From positions 40,265-104,264 of IMG/VR virus record IMGVR_UViG_3300035698_019443: a stretch of DNA of 64,000 nucleotides, one strand, 5' to 3'. The notes under the pieces were generated by a model. It did no database searches and had not been told where the DNA came from. It saw nothing but the letters and a program-made list of their open reading frames with translations. The first letter of the stretch is position 1. The number at the start of each line of letters is the position of its first letter. The DNA is from a virus. Shown piece after piece: positions 38,998 to 48,925 of this stretch. The translations under genes and the position numbers were made by a program.

Positions 38998-41900
38998 CTA
39001 GCCGCGGAGCGCTCGCGCCGCGGCGGATACGTGGTCAATGAAGGTGAGTACGTCGTCGGTCCCGCCACCAGAGATGCCCTTTCGCATCTCGAGCAGGCGC
39101 TCTTTGTTCCTCCGCCAATCGGCGACCCCGCCGGGCAGGAGAAGGTGGAATATCGTTGGCGCGTAGCCCGAGCAGGCGTAGAGCGTCGCTTCGGTGAGCT
39201 CCGTGTGCCCGTCCTCGTCGAGGAAGCGGCGGCAGATACGAGTGAGGCGCGTCTCGGGCTCGGGGAGCGCCTCGGCGTCGTGCTGTGCGATCTCGTCGTA
39301 GTAGCGGCACCCTCGCAGGCAGACGAACTCCGACTCACTGGCCGAGGGGATACGCCCCTCCTCGGGGTTCGTCGAGTCGGGCATCGCTGCCACGGCTGGG
39401 TTGAGCGGGGGCTCTTTCGGTATCTCCTCGGGCGTCTCTGTCTTCTCTGTCACTTCGACCTCTTCCTTCATCTCGTCCCACAGGGACGTCGCCTTCTCTT
39501 CCGCCCAGTCGCGATCCATCACGCCGTCGGGGTAGTCCATCTTCCACGAGACGATCGCCTCGCTGACAATCGCGAAGGCAGAGAAGACGCCGCCCGTCGC
39601 GAGCCGCCCCTTGACGACCTTGAGGATCTCCTTCGTCTTCGACATCTCGAGGTCGTCGACCTCTCCCTCTTTCGGCTCGTAGTTCTCTAGCACTGCGTTG
39701 GTTCGAGCTACGATCTCTTCTTCCGTTGCGAGAGTGTGCTCGTAGGTCTGCCGCCACAGGGCGACTGCGATCTTCGCCATCGACTGGAGCGAGCCTCCGA
39801 CATTGTCCCCGATCTCCACCGTGATTCGATCCTCGAGCATGGCGAGCTCGTGGACGATCGCCCAACGCTCTCCTGCGAGGACCATCGCTGCGACGCCATC
39901 GTAGTCGTAGCTCGTTCGTCCCTCCCGCCAACGTCCGACCGCTGCGCCAACGATCTCTGCGGGGTTGTAGCCATCGTCGTCGGCGTAGCGCCGCTCGACA
40001 GTCGCGCAGATCTCGGCGTGCAGCGCCTCCTCGGGAGTCTCCTTCTCCCCCCACGTCGCATACTTCTTTGTGAGCAGGTCCGCATACGTGGCACAAGTGG
40101 TCCTGATCTCCGCCTCGCCGATATCAACGGTATCGTGGGTGCTCCGCCACGCCTCCACCGCCGACTCGATGACGCTGTCCACAGAGGGCAGACCCGCGGA
40201 GAAGTAGACTTCGTCGGGGTTGAACAGCTTGTGGATCGCGTCCTGTAACGCTGACTCGAGGCTCTCCGCCCCCGTCTGGCAGCCCTGCAATGCGTCGTCG
40301 CGCATATCTGCGATCTCCTCATAACTGATGTCGTGGTCGGGGTAGCTGTTGTTCCATCCGTCAATCGCCGCGTCGACGATGGGCGCCAGCGGCGTGTCGC
40401 CGAAGCGCTTCTTCGCTTGGATAGCGTCATCGAGCTCACGCGCTAGAGCGGCTCGAGGATCGCCGACCGACTTGTCGTAGGCGGCGTCCCAATATCGACG
40501 GACGTCTTCCTTTGCCTCGTCGCGGTCTTCGATCGCTGCGCCGGGGAACTGGCGCCGCCACTGACGAGACGCAACAGCGATGACGAGCTCGACGTCGAGA
40601 GACACCCCCTCTGCGTGCTGCTTCTCCGCTGCCACCTGGAGCTCGTAGTCGAGCAGCGTCTTGGCGTCGACCTGGCCGGCGTACTGCTCGGCGTAGGTGA
40701 GCGCTGCCGCAATGTCCTCTTCCGTCGCGTGGGTCTTGGGGTGCTGTACGCGCCACTTCGCCACGACGTTGTCCTCGAGCTCTCCGAGGCACACCTGCCC
40801 GTTGTCCCTCGCCAGTGGAATCACCCGCAACAGCTCTGTTCGTAGTATCCCTGTGTCGACGAGCGCCCCCCGCTGCTCTCGAGCTCGGACTTGCGCCTTC
40901 TCGACGTTGATCTCGGCGTAAGAGTGCCCGGCCAGCCCGTCCGCTACGATCCGCAATGACTCTTTGAGGTCATCGAGGTCGACGGTTGCGCTGTTCTCCT
41001 CTGGAGTCTCCTCTTCGCAGGGTACGCTGCGATCAAGGCACGGCGCATCGCAGGCATGGCACTCTTCGGACCCGTCGACACCGGCGTACTTCAGCGCCGC
41101 GTCGACCTGCACCGCGATCTCCTCTTCGCTGGCGTCTGTTCCCCGGTGCTCTCGCCGCCATTTCGCCGTGGCTTCTGTGATTGCACCAGCGAGGTCGACG
41201 TTGCCCTCTTCGTGTGCTGCGTGGATGGCGCGCATCAGCGTCCTACCGAGCTCGGTCAGATCAGTGATGACCCCCCAGTGCTTCCACGCGGTCGCCTTCT
41301 CGTACTCCCAGCAGAACTCTTCGTTGGGGCGTGTCTTGTGCCAGGCCTTCGCAGCGGCGTTGATCGCAGCCTGCACGTCCAACTCCTGCCCCGCGTCGTG
41401 TTGGGTCTCCACCTCGATGCGAACGAGGCGATTGAGCTCCTCTTCGATCCTCGTCTTACGGGCGATGGCGTCGATCACCTCGTGGACCACTGTACCCTTC
41501 GCTATGGCCGCGGAGGGGTCTTTCTCGCGATACACCTTCTCCTCGCCGAACAGCTCCTGTTCTCGTCGAGTTGGGGGTAGCGACGAGTCAGCGAGCCGGC
41601 GTAGCGCCTCCCGCAAGACGTTGTGCAACGCTGCGCGGTCGAGGGGCTCGCGCCCGTCCGCGGTCCACACTTCGTTCGCGGCGTCCGCTGCCTCGTGGCG
41701 CTCTTTGCCGCCGTCGTCCTCTTCGCCTATAGGCTGGGCGACATTCCAGTCCTTCCCAGTAGGACTGCTCTCGGCGGGGGAGACCTTGACTGCCTCGACC
41801 CGCAGGTCCGCCGTGAGCTCGGCGAGGTCAACCGCTTTGCCGTCCACTGCCTTCGCGCACAGGGTCTTCCAGTATCGCGTCGCCCCCTCGCGAACCACCT

Positions 41901-42483
41901 CGTCGAACTTTGCGTCTTTGAGCTCGTACCCAAACCGGCGGCGCACGCCCTCTAGCACAGCAGCGACGTGGAGCCCCCCGACAGCCCCGTCGACCGTATC
42001 TCTGATCGTGCGGAATAGGTCCTCGTCTGCTCGCTGGAAGAACGAGCCCGTCGCTGTCGCCTCCCGCTCTGCCCGCTGCGACGCCGCCGCGTTGAGTATC
42101 TCCTCTCGCGAGGGTCGATGGTACTCGGCCTCCACGCCCCCGCTACGTTCGCTTCCGAGGCGCGGAGACCCATTGCCCTCGTTGCTCTCGCTCGAAACGC
42201 GCGGGGACGTAGGAGGCGCCCCTTCGCCATCGGTTGTCGGGGGCTCCTGTTGAAGCCACTTTGCCGCCTCTTCCGGCGATAGCCTCTCGTTGTCCGTCGG
42301 TGGGTCGGTCTGCTCGACCATCAGTTTTGGCGGTTCACTTCCCCCTCTGCCTTCTCCGCCTTCTATCGAGGTCGCCGTGGCCACCGCGTTACTCGCGTTG
42401 GCGACAAGGGGGGTCGGTGTGTGCGGTGTCATCCGCGGCTTTGTCGTGTGATCATTGCCGTTCAGGCTTTTGAATAATCCCAT
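38998..42483 (-). CDS. 1161-aa acidic protein with ~9 helical Trp repeats
   Basis: Recurring [IV]..A...W...[HY]P....EE units. Confidence 0.8.
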   Translation of the reverse strand: MGLFKSLNGNDHTTKPRMTPHTPTPLVANASNAVATATSIEGGEGRGGSEPPKLMVEQTDPPTDNERLSPEEAAKWLQQEPPTTDGEGAPPTSPRVSSESNEGNGSPRLGSERSGGVEAEYHRPSREEILNAAASQRAEREATATGSFFQRADEDLFRTIRDTVDGAVGGLHVAAVLEGVRRRFGYELKDAKFDEVVREGATRYWKTLCAKAVDGKAVDLAELTADLRVEAVKVSPAESSPTGKDWNVAQPIGEEDDGGKERHEAADAANEVWTADGREPLDRAALHNVLREALRRLADSSLPPTRREQELFGEEKVYREKDPSAAIAKGTVVHEVIDAIARKTRIEEELNRLVRIEVETQHDAGQELDVQAAINAAAKAWHKTRPNEEFCWEYEKATAWKHWGVITDLTELGRTLMRAIHAAHEEGNVDLAGAITEATAKWRREHRGTDASEEEIAVQVDAALKYAGVDGSEECHACDAPCLDRSVPCEEETPEENSATVDLDDLKESLRIVADGLAGHSYAEINVEKAQVRAREQRGALVDTGILRTELLRVIPLARDNGQVCLGELEDNVVAKWRVQHPKTHATEEDIAAALTYAEQYAGQVDAKTLLDYELQVAAEKQHAEGVSLDVELVIAVASRQWRRQFPGAAIEDRDEAKEDVRRYWDAAYDKSVGDPRAALARELDDAIQAKKRFGDTPLAPIVDAAIDGWNNSYPDHDISYEEIADMRDDALQGCQTGAESLESALQDAIHKLFNPDEVYFSAGLPSVDSVIESAVEAWRSTHDTVDIGEAEIRTTCATYADLLTKKYATWGEKETPEEALHAEICATVERRYADDDGYNPAEIVGAAVGRWREGRTSYDYDGVAAMVLAGERWAIVHELAMLEDRITVEIGDNVGGSLQSMAKIAVALWRQTYEHTLATEEEIVARTNAVLENYEPKEGEVDDLEMSKTKEILKVVKGRLATGGVFSAFAIVSEAIVSWKMDYPDGVMDRDWAEEKATSLWDEMKEEVEVTEKTETPEEIPKEPPLNPAVAAMPDSTNPEEGRIPSASESEFVCLRGCRYYDEIAQHDAEALPEPETRLTRICRRFLDEDGHTELTEATLYACSGYAPTIFHLLLPGGVADWRRNKERLLEMRKGISGGGTDDVLTFIDHVSAAARALRG

Positions 42484-42489
42484 GCCCGC

Positions 42490-42519
42490 AGAGTAAGACG
42501 GCGACTAGGGGGGCGTCAA
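42490..42519 (-). promoter_or_regulatory. sigma70-like leaderless promoter
   Basis: TTGACG-N18-TACTCT-N6-ATG. Confidence 0.7.
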
Positions 42520-42592
42520 CACATATCGTCACGAGGCGTGCAAGTAACAAGGCCACGACGAGGGGGCAGGGCTGTAGGTGCAGGAACCACTT

Positions 42593-42672
42593 GCTTTGTG
42601 TCAGGACGACACCTAGCTTTGTGTCATATTGACACCGTCCTGTGTATCAGAATGTTACACAGGCTTTGTGTC
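42593..42672. repeat. GCTTTGTGTC x3 with inverted repeats GTGTCA-N3-TGACAC and TGTGTA-N9-TACACA
   Basis: Copies at 42593, 42616 and 42663. Confidence 0.75.
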
Positions 42673-43004
42673 GGTGTGACAACAAGCTCGAGTAGGCGAG
42701 GCGGGAGGTGGGAGGTGGAGCGAGCAGGCCGGCAAGGTAGCCCAAGAATGCCAACAAGCCAGCAAGCAGTCATTGCGAGTACCACAAGGTTGCGCCTAAT
42801 GTTGCAGGACAGGACGCCAACGAGCCTATTTCGAGACAAGTAGTCTAGTCCGTCACTGTACGATCCCGTCGCCCTCCCCTTTACTTCCTATAGAACACCA
42901 GCAAATTACCGGCGTCCGGCGAATCCGGCGGGGTAGGCGTTAAGCCTCTCCCCGACGGACTCGCCAACACCGTCGCCCTCTTCGATTGTTTACTCTTTCA
43001 CTGA

Positions 43005-43181
43005 CCCGTCGACGGACTGCGACGGGGTAGTATAGTGAATCGCTGGCAGTGCGACATTGTTGGGTTTCTCGGAGATGGTCGAGTAAGTGAAACACTAGGC
43101 GATCCCGTCGACGGACAGGGCGACGGGAACATCGTAAAGGAGAGCCTGTTCTTGGTCTTCCCGTCGACGGACTGCGACGGG
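43005..43181. repeat. Palindromic iteron-like repeats, putative replication origin
   Basis: CCCGTCGACGGACTGCGACGGG at 43005 and 43160, variant at 43104; TACTCTTTCACT twice. Confidence 0.75.
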
Positions 43182-43230
43182 ATCATCTACTCTTTCACTT
43201 ACTGTTTTTCAGGGGAGGGGGAGGGACGTT

Positions 43231-44412
43231 CTATTTCGGGACACTCAGACCCCACTGCCCGCCGACCTTGCGGATAGTGCCATCTGAGTACAAAGTCTTC
43301 AACGCAGCAGTGACCCGACGGTGTCCGACCCCGATAGCCTCGGTCAACTTGTTGGCCGACATCGCAGCGTATACATAGGGCTCGTGCCGCTCTTCGAACT
43401 CAGCCTCAATCAGTTTGCGGCGGAGGGTGGCGAGCACCTGATGCTCTACCTCGGCAGCGCTCAGCGTGGCCTTCTTCTCCTCTTTGGGCGCCTTGGCTGT
43501 GTCGACTGAGTCTCTCTCGCCCGACTTGCGGCGGGCCTTGGGGGGCAGGGAGTGGCCCTCTCTGATCTCGTCGACGAGCATGACAGAGCCGACGTTCGTC
43601 GTGTTGTCGATGCCGACCATGACGTCGGCCTCGTGGGGGCTACTGTCGCGTGTCTCCCACTGGAGCAGGTTCGGCTTGCCCTCGCCCCGGTAGTAGCTAT
43701 TGATCCAGCCGTCGACCGCCCCCTCGAGCGCCGACGAGCCACGCATTCGGTCGCCCTCTTTTCGGAAGTGGTGTGTCAGGCAGATCATGGACCCAAACCG
43801 CTGAGCGAAATCGCGGTAGGGGCGGAGGAGCTCGGTGACGGCCCTCGAGTCGTTCTCGTTGAAGTCCGCTTGGTCGATCCCCAGCTCGATGAAGGGGTCG
43901 ATCGACAGCAACGCCGGAACGCGAGGGACGCGGCTGTAGATCTCGAGCAGGATGGGGACGACGTCTCGGCGCCAGACGACGCGGAGTGGGATCGACTGCT
44001 CGGCGCGGACGCCCATCTGTTTGAGTCGTCTCGCCAAGCGAGCTCTGCCGTCCTCAATGTTTGCGAGCAGCGCGTGCTGCGGTCCACCGACGATCGGGAT
44101 CTTCCCTAACCAAGGCGTGCCCGTCGCCACGCAGATCGCAAGATCAAGCTGAATGATCGACTTCCGCCCCCTCTTTGGCTCGCCCGCGAGGAGGTAGATA
44201 CACCCGCTCGCGAAGTGGTTCTGGAGTAGCCACGGAACCGCTACTGCCTCCTCCACGAGATCGTGGGCGGCGGCGGTGATCTGGCCGAAAAACTCTGCTA
44301 CCTCCGCGTCGGACATCGCAGAAACGTCCGACTTTGCTATCAATTCCCCTATGGCGGACTCACGACGAGCGGCGAGCGCCCGCTTCTTGCGGTCGTCTTC
44401 GATTGTTCCCAC
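43231..44412 (-). CDS. RepA/AAA_25 RecA-like helicase with C-terminal HTH
   Basis: VPWLL, GEPKRGRKS, NIED, LSIDP, ENDS, THHFRK, RGSSAL.G.VD. Confidence 0.85.
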   Translation of the reverse strand: MGTIEDDRKKRALAARRESAIGELIAKSDVSAMSDAEVAEFFGQITAAAHDLVEEAVAVPWLLQNHFASGCIYLLAGEPKRGRKSIIQLDLAICVATGTPWLGKIPIVGGPQHALLANIEDGRARLARRLKQMGVRAEQSIPLRVVWRRDVVPILLEIYSRVPRVPALLSIDPFIELGIDQADFNENDSRAVTELLRPYRDFAQRFGSMICLTHHFRKEGDRMRGSSALEGAVDGWINSYYRGEGKPNLLQWETRDSSPHEADVMVGIDNTTNVGSVMLVDEIREGHSLPPKARRKSGERDSVDTAKAPKEEKKATLSAAEVEHQVLATLRRKLIEAEFEERHEPYVYAAMSANKLTEAIGVGHRRVTAALKTLYSDGTIRKVGGQWGLSVPK

Positions 44413-44418
44413 ATCCCC

Positions 44419-44494
44419 GTGATATCACCCTATCGCCCATCGCGTCAACGACTTCTCTTTTCTCTTGACTCTGTGTTGCGTTCGGACGTAGGCT
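44419..44494. promoter_or_regulatory. Back-to-back divergent promoters at the strand switch
   Basis: Minus: TTGACG-N18-TATCAC-N6-GTG; plus: TTGACT-N18-TAGGCT. Confidence 0.7.
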
Positions 44495-44498
44495 GCGT

Positions 44499-45188
44499 GT
44501 GGGGTGTGAAACAGTGGGACGAAGCAACAACACGATCATGGCCGCGGCGCACATCGCTAGCCTCGTTGGGGACTACGCCGGCGAGGGTGTTCGGCGCAAC
44601 CTCCGCGAGCTCTGGCAGTACGGAAACGGCGCGAGGACGGACCTCGAGCGAGACCTCGCCGTCTCCTGGCTCGTCGAGAGGTACGCGACGCTCGACGGCG
44701 CGACAGTGCTTCGCGAGAGAGATGAGGAGCAGAGGCTCCACGCCGCATCGGCGCACGCCGCAGCCCTCGCCGCACGAGCCGCGATGGGCACGGTGCATCT
44801 TGACATCGTCGCGATCGCGGTACGTCATGCCCTCCGTATTGAGGGGGCGAGCAGCGACGAGCTCTACAAGGTCCTCGCGAGGTACCCGAAACGGGTGGGC
44901 ATCATTGGCGACCCTCACTTTCCCGCCGTCCGCCGAGTAAGGGAGGAGCTCAGCGCCCTCTCACCGGACGTGCGTCTTTTCGTCGAGGACGTGCCGGGCG
45001 TGGGGAAGCTCGCGAAGCACGGCGCCCAATTCCGCCACCTGTCAGTCGAGGTCGTCGACGACGTGGTCGCGCACGTCGATTACCTCGTCGCCTTCGCTGG
45101 CGGGAACTACGCGCCGGTCGAAGAGCAGATCGAACGAGCGCGGGCCGCGGGGCTGAACGTCACTGTGATCAGAGGAGGGGAGCGATGA
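44499..45188 (+). CDS. Protein with C-terminal SLOG (YspA-like) domain; start 44499 or 44538
   Basis: RVGIIG, GVGKLA, DYLVAFAGG, IERARAAGLNV. Confidence 0.55.
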   Translation: MGCETVGRSNNTIMAAAHIASLVGDYAGEGVRRNLRELWQYGNGARTDLERDLAVSWLVERYATLDGATVLRERDEEQRLHAASAHAAALAARAAMGTVHLDIVAIAVRHALRIEGASSDELYKVLARYPKRVGIIGDPHFPAVRRVREELSALSPDVRLFVEDVPGVGKLAKHGAQFRHLSVEVVDDVVAHVDYLVAFAGGNYAPVEEQIERARAAGLNVTVIRGGER

Positions 45189-45493
45189 AGGGACCACAGA
45201 CGCAGTTCGCGGTTCTGCGGGACGACGGGAGCTACGGTCGCATCTTTCGCTCTCGGATGGTCGCAGAGCTCGAGGGAAGACATCGCGTTGTCCCCGTGAC
45301 GATCCAGCCGGGGAAGGGCTACTGGTCCTGGTGGGACTATGAGCACACACGGTTCTCGATGACCTTCCCCTCGTTGATACAGTTCGATACGTGCTTCCCC
45401 TGTGGGTACAAAGGCTGGGAGAAGAACGGGGACGGCGAAGGCGTCGAGGTATCGGTAACGCCATTCCAGTTTATCGAAGAGGAGGCAGGGTGA
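45185..45493 (+). CDS. Hypothetical protein
   Basis: SD and ATGA overlap. Confidence 0.6.
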   Translation: MKGPQTQFAVLRDDGSYGRIFRSRMVAELEGRHRVVPVTIQPGKGYWSWWDYEHTRFSMTFPSLIQFDTCFPCGYKGWEKNGDGEGVEVSVTPFQFIEEEAG

Positions 45494-45759
45494 TGAGACG
45501 CATCACGATCACGATCCCAGAGACGGTGGCGGATGCGATAGAGATCTACCGAGCGGACTACGGGGACTTCAACGTCTCTGCGGTCTGCGCGATGGCACTG
45601 AAGGCTGCGTTGCGCCAGAAGGGCGTAGCGGTTGAGGGGGAGGACCGAGCAGAGAGGCTCCTCTTCGCCGGCATCGCGTGCTGCCCTAAGTGTCAAGGAA
45701 ACACGCACACTTGTGGCCAGTGTCGCGGCACAGGCTACGTCCGTCTGCGGGAGGCATAG
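45493..45759 (+). CDS. Ribbon-helix-helix regulator with Zn finger
   Basis: MRRITITIPE, NVSAVC; CPKC/CGQCRGTG. Confidence 0.65.
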   Translation: MRRITITIPETVADAIEIYRADYGDFNVSAVCAMALKAALRQKGVAVEGEDRAERLLFAGIACCPKCQGNTHTCGQCRGTGYVRLREA

Positions 45760-45761
45760 AG

Positions 45762-45980
45762 ATGGCTGCCATCGCGTTTCTCGTCGGTATTCTCATCGTC
45801 GGGCCGTTTGTGTGCTTCCTCCTCTCGTACCTGCCGATGAAGGTGGGGCGCTACTGCGGTACGTGTGAGTCCTACGACAACCAAGACTGGTCCGGTGTCG
45901 GGGTCTGTGAGAACCCGAGCAGTATTCACTGTGGCGTCGTGAACACCGACAACTGCCGCCACTGGGAGAGGAAGAGCTGA
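45762..45980 (+). CDS. Small membrane protein with Cys cluster
   Basis: N-terminal TM; CxxC. Confidence 0.5.
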   Translation: MAAIAFLVGILIVGPFVCFLLSYLPMKVGRYCGTCESYDNQDWSGVGVCENPSSIHCGVVNTDNCRHWERKS

Positions 45981-45981
45981 G

Positions 45982-46830
45982 ATGTCGAAGCTGACGAAAG
46001 AACAAGAGATCGCCTGCTGCAAGTGGCTCCTCAAGCGGCGAGGCTGCGCCGTTTGGCCGCTATACCGTGAGACTTGCAGGGTAATGGCGTTTGACGTCGA
46101 CTGTGACGCCAGTGCCGTGCAGGCGTGGGACGACGAGGACGAGGACGAGGGCACGCTCGACGTCATACCAACGTGCGACGAGAACGTCGGCCCGGCGCGA
46201 GTCTATCGACTGAGGCGGCGCATCGAAGTGCTCAACGGAACGCCGAGCTACCCAGCCCGAACTGAGGTGCTTCCCCTCCACAGCCACAATGTCGCTATCG
46301 GCGCCGAGGCCGGCTACAGCCCCATGGACGCGAAGCAAGAGGGGGGACGGTGCGTGCGGGGACGGACGTTTACCCCTCAGCGTATCGAGGCGAGTGTGGA
46401 GAAGATCCGTCTCGGCTTCGATGCGTCGCGGGCCTTTGGGCCTGACCCCATCGAGCCCGCCCTGGCGCTCATGCGGATCACGCGGGCGCAGTGCCGAGAG
46501 GCGCCATACGGCGTGAAGGCCAAGATCGCAGCGTGTCAGGAGGCAATAGAGCATATGGCAGGGGGGCAGCATCGAAGGGCTGACGTCTGGGCCGGGTGTA
46601 AGGTGCAGATCACCAACGCCCGGCGGGCATATGACATGGCGGACATCGTGCGGATCTTCGACGAGAGGGTACTCGAGGTCGCCGAGGCAGAGTTTGTGCG
46701 GCTCGGCGGTGTCGTGCCTTGGGCGGCAGCGGAAGGCGGCGAGGTCATCCCGGCGCGTCCGCTCAATGGACTCGAACGTCCCCGCGAGACGATGGTCGGC
46801 AACGTCGTCGTAGGGGGGTCAGGGCGATGA
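45982..46830 (+). CDS. Hypothetical protein
   Basis: Long ORF in operon. Confidence 0.6.
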   Translation: MSKLTKEQEIACCKWLLKRRGCAVWPLYRETCRVMAFDVDCDASAVQAWDDEDEDEGTLDVIPTCDENVGPARVYRLRRRIEVLNGTPSYPARTEVLPLHSHNVAIGAEAGYSPMDAKQEGGRCVRGRTFTPQRIEASVEKIRLGFDASRAFGPDPIEPALALMRITRAQCREAPYGVKAKIAACQEAIEHMAGGQHRRADVWAGCKVQITNARRAYDMADIVRIFDERVLEVAEAEFVRLGGVVPWAAAEGGEVIPARPLNGLERPRETMVGNVVVGGSGR

Positions 46831-47000
46831 GCCTATTCCGCATAGGATTCAGTGTGCTCTTTGCCGCATGGACGGTATTCCTCATTGGGTGGAGTGCCGC
46901 AACCGGCAAGATCGACGCGCTAGTGGTGTGCGCGCTGTGGATGCTCGTTCTCGGCGTCGGCCACGCAGGCGGCTTCGACTTCCGTGAGAAGAAAGAGTAG
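46827..47000 (+). CDS. Small two-TM protein
   Basis: ATGA overlap; hydrophobic. Confidence 0.5.
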   Translation: MSLFRIGFSVLFAAWTVFLIGWSAATGKIDALVVCALWMLVLGVGHAGGFDFREKKE

Positions 47001-47004
47001 AGCG

Positions 47005-47478
47005 ATGACGAGGTACTACACGGGGGTGGGGAGTCGGGAGACGCCGCGGTCGATCTGCGTCGAGCTGACGAGGATCGCTCGAGTGCTCCGCGGAAAAGAC
47101 TACACGCTACGGTCGGGTGGAGCTCAAGGGGCGGACGAGGCGTTTGGGGCGGGTGCTGGGAGAGATCGGGTCACCTATCGGCCCGTGGGCGTGCCGACGT
47201 GGGCCTTCGAAGAGGCCGCGAAGTACATACCCGCTGACCGTTGCTCCTTCGCGTCTATGGGCCTATTCGCACGAAAGCTCCTCGCTCGAGACATGCTCCA
47301 GGTCCTGGGGCGAGACGGCAACGAGCCCTCGTTGTTTCTCGTCTGCTGGACGCCGCTCGGCATCGACGACGGGGGAACGGGCTACGCCATTCGATGCGCG
47401 AAGGCGCACGGCGTGCCCGTCTACAACCTGAACAACGAAACGGACAGCGAAGTGTTCTACCAGAGGCTCGGGGAGTGA
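47005..47478 (+). CDS. DprA/Smf-like SLOG protein
   Basis: YTGVGSRETP, LRSGGAQGAD, QVLG, CWT, GGTG.A. Confidence 0.8.
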   Translation: MTRYYTGVGSRETPRSICVELTRIARVLRGKDYTLRSGGAQGADEAFGAGAGRDRVTYRPVGVPTWAFEEAAKYIPADRCSFASMGLFARKLLARDMLQVLGRDGNEPSLFLVCWTPLGIDDGGTGYAIRCAKAHGVPVYNLNNETDSEVFYQRLGE

Positions 47479-48014
47479 GCCGGCGGCAGCACAAGGTCGG
47501 ACGGTCGACGCTCGGACCAGGAGATCGGCTTGACTGGGGCACGCCTGTTGACCTCTTCGAGGAGCTCGACGACGAGCTCGGCCCATTCGACCTCGACGCT
47601 GCCTCGTACCCCTGGAACGCCCTGTGCGATCGCTACTACTCGTTGTGGCTACACTGCGATCGATCGGGAGCTGACATCGAGTGCGGGTGGGAAGACGCAT
47701 TCTGCCAGCCCTGGCACGGCAAGGTTTGGCTCAACCCGCCCTACGGTCGCACGATCGGTGACTGGCTCGAGAGGGCGCGGCTCGAGGTCGCCCTCGGCCA
47801 CGCGGAGCTCGTCTGCTGCCTGCTGCCCTCGCGGACGGACACTCGATGGTGGCACGCGCACGTCGAGGGACCAGTCGAGCGCGGCACTGCGAAGCGCCGC
47901 TTTATCAAAGGTCGCCTGACCTTTGCGGGGGCGCCGTCGGCTGCCCCCTTCCCTTCAGTCCTAGTGATCTATCACGCGGTCGAGCCACGGCTCGCCGGGG
48001 AGGAGTTGTTTTGA
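47475..48014 (+). CDS. Phage Dam-type DNA N6-adenine methyltransferase
   Basis: W.TP, FDLDAA, WLNPPYG, LLPSRTDT.W, GRL.F, APFPS. Confidence 0.9.
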   Translation: MSRRQHKVGRSTLGPGDRLDWGTPVDLFEELDDELGPFDLDAASYPWNALCDRYYSLWLHCDRSGADIECGWEDAFCQPWHGKVWLNPPYGRTIGDWLERARLEVALGHAELVCCLLPSRTDTRWWHAHVEGPVERGTAKRRFIKGRLTFAGAPSAAPFPSVLVIYHAVEPRLAGEELF

Positions 48015-48174
48015 TGTCAGGGTTTGCACACAGTAGCGCGAGTGTCGAGCACGGAGACCATGCGAGAGACGCGAAGGTTGGCGACTACGTGTTGGTGGGG
48101 TTCTCCCTGGTGCCCAGTGACGGCCTCGAGCGCCTGCGGGAGACGACGACCGGACCATTCTGGAGGCTGAACCG

Positions 48175-48378
48175 ATGATGGAGAAGAAGCTCGCGATGGT
48201 GACGTGCCGAAGCGAGAATGGGACGTGGTGCCCCTTCATGCAGCCGCGCGCCGATGGGACGGGGTACTACGATTGCGTCTGCAAGTTCGAGGTGGCGCCC
48301 GAAGCCACGCAGTGTCTGACACGCGTCGTACACGACTTGCAGGCGCGCGTGGCGAAGCTCGAGAGGCTGAACCGATGA
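48175..48378 (+). CDS. Small Cys-rich hypothetical protein
   Basis: ATGA overlaps. Confidence 0.45.
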   Translation: MMEKKLAMVTCRSENGTWCPFMQPRADGTGYYDCVCKFEVAPEATQCLTRVVHDLQARVAKLERLNR

Positions 48379-48692
48379 AAGAGGAGCGCGACGAGCTGGC
48401 GATGCAGGCGAGTGAGTTGCTGCGGTGGGTACACGAGCAGGACGGCTCCCCCGATACCAGCCTGTTTGAGGCGGCGGTGTACAACGTCTACGAGGCCGAG
48501 CGGACCTACGAGGGCTGGATGCAGCGCGTCATGTGGATGGTCCGTGAGGTCGCGACAGGCGCACGCCTCAAACAGATGTGGGCCGAGAACCGCAAGATGC
48601 TGTGGACGGATCTAACGAACCTGCGAGATGCGGCGGACAACGCGGAAGAGACGCACACGTTGCCCGCATTGGGAAGGAACCCGTACAGATGA
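48375..48692 (+). CDS. Hypothetical protein
   Basis: ATGA overlaps. Confidence 0.55.
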   Translation: MKEERDELAMQASELLRWVHEQDGSPDTSLFEAAVYNVYEAERTYEGWMQRVMWMVREVATGARLKQMWAENRKMLWTDLTNLRDAADNAEETHTLPALGRNPYR

Positions 48693-48925
48693 ACGACTAC
48701 GAGAAGAGGATCTGGTCTGCGAAGCTCGTCGCGACATACGAGCACCACGGACAGGCCACGGGGTGCTGTCGGGTAGACGCACTGACGCATGGTGTGATGG
48801 AGGCGGACTACACCATACTGGCGCTTCGTCGAATGGTTGCCTCTCGCGACGGTAGGCTGCACACGGACCCGACACTGGAGCTCGAGCGGACGGAGGAGGA
48901 GGAGGAGGAGGTCGAGGGGCAATGA
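48689..48925 (+). CDS. Hypothetical protein with acidic tail
   Basis: ATGA overlaps. Confidence 0.5.
   Translation: MNDYEKRIWSAKLVATYEHHGQATGCCRVDALTHGVMEADYTILALRRMVASRDGRLHTDPTLELERTEEEEEEVEGQ

Noticed and set aside
43005-43181. Mini CRISPR array
   Set aside because: Only three units of unequal length, spacers of 77 and 32 nt, half-copies nearby and no cas operon; the Cas4-like gene sits in a standard phage recombination module
42520-43230. tRNA or rRNA genes in the non-coding gap
   Set aside because: No cloverleaf or T-loop signature found by eye
46760-48150. Shared GLERPRET/GLERLRET peptide in two early ORFs
   Set aside because: Too short to distinguish from chance
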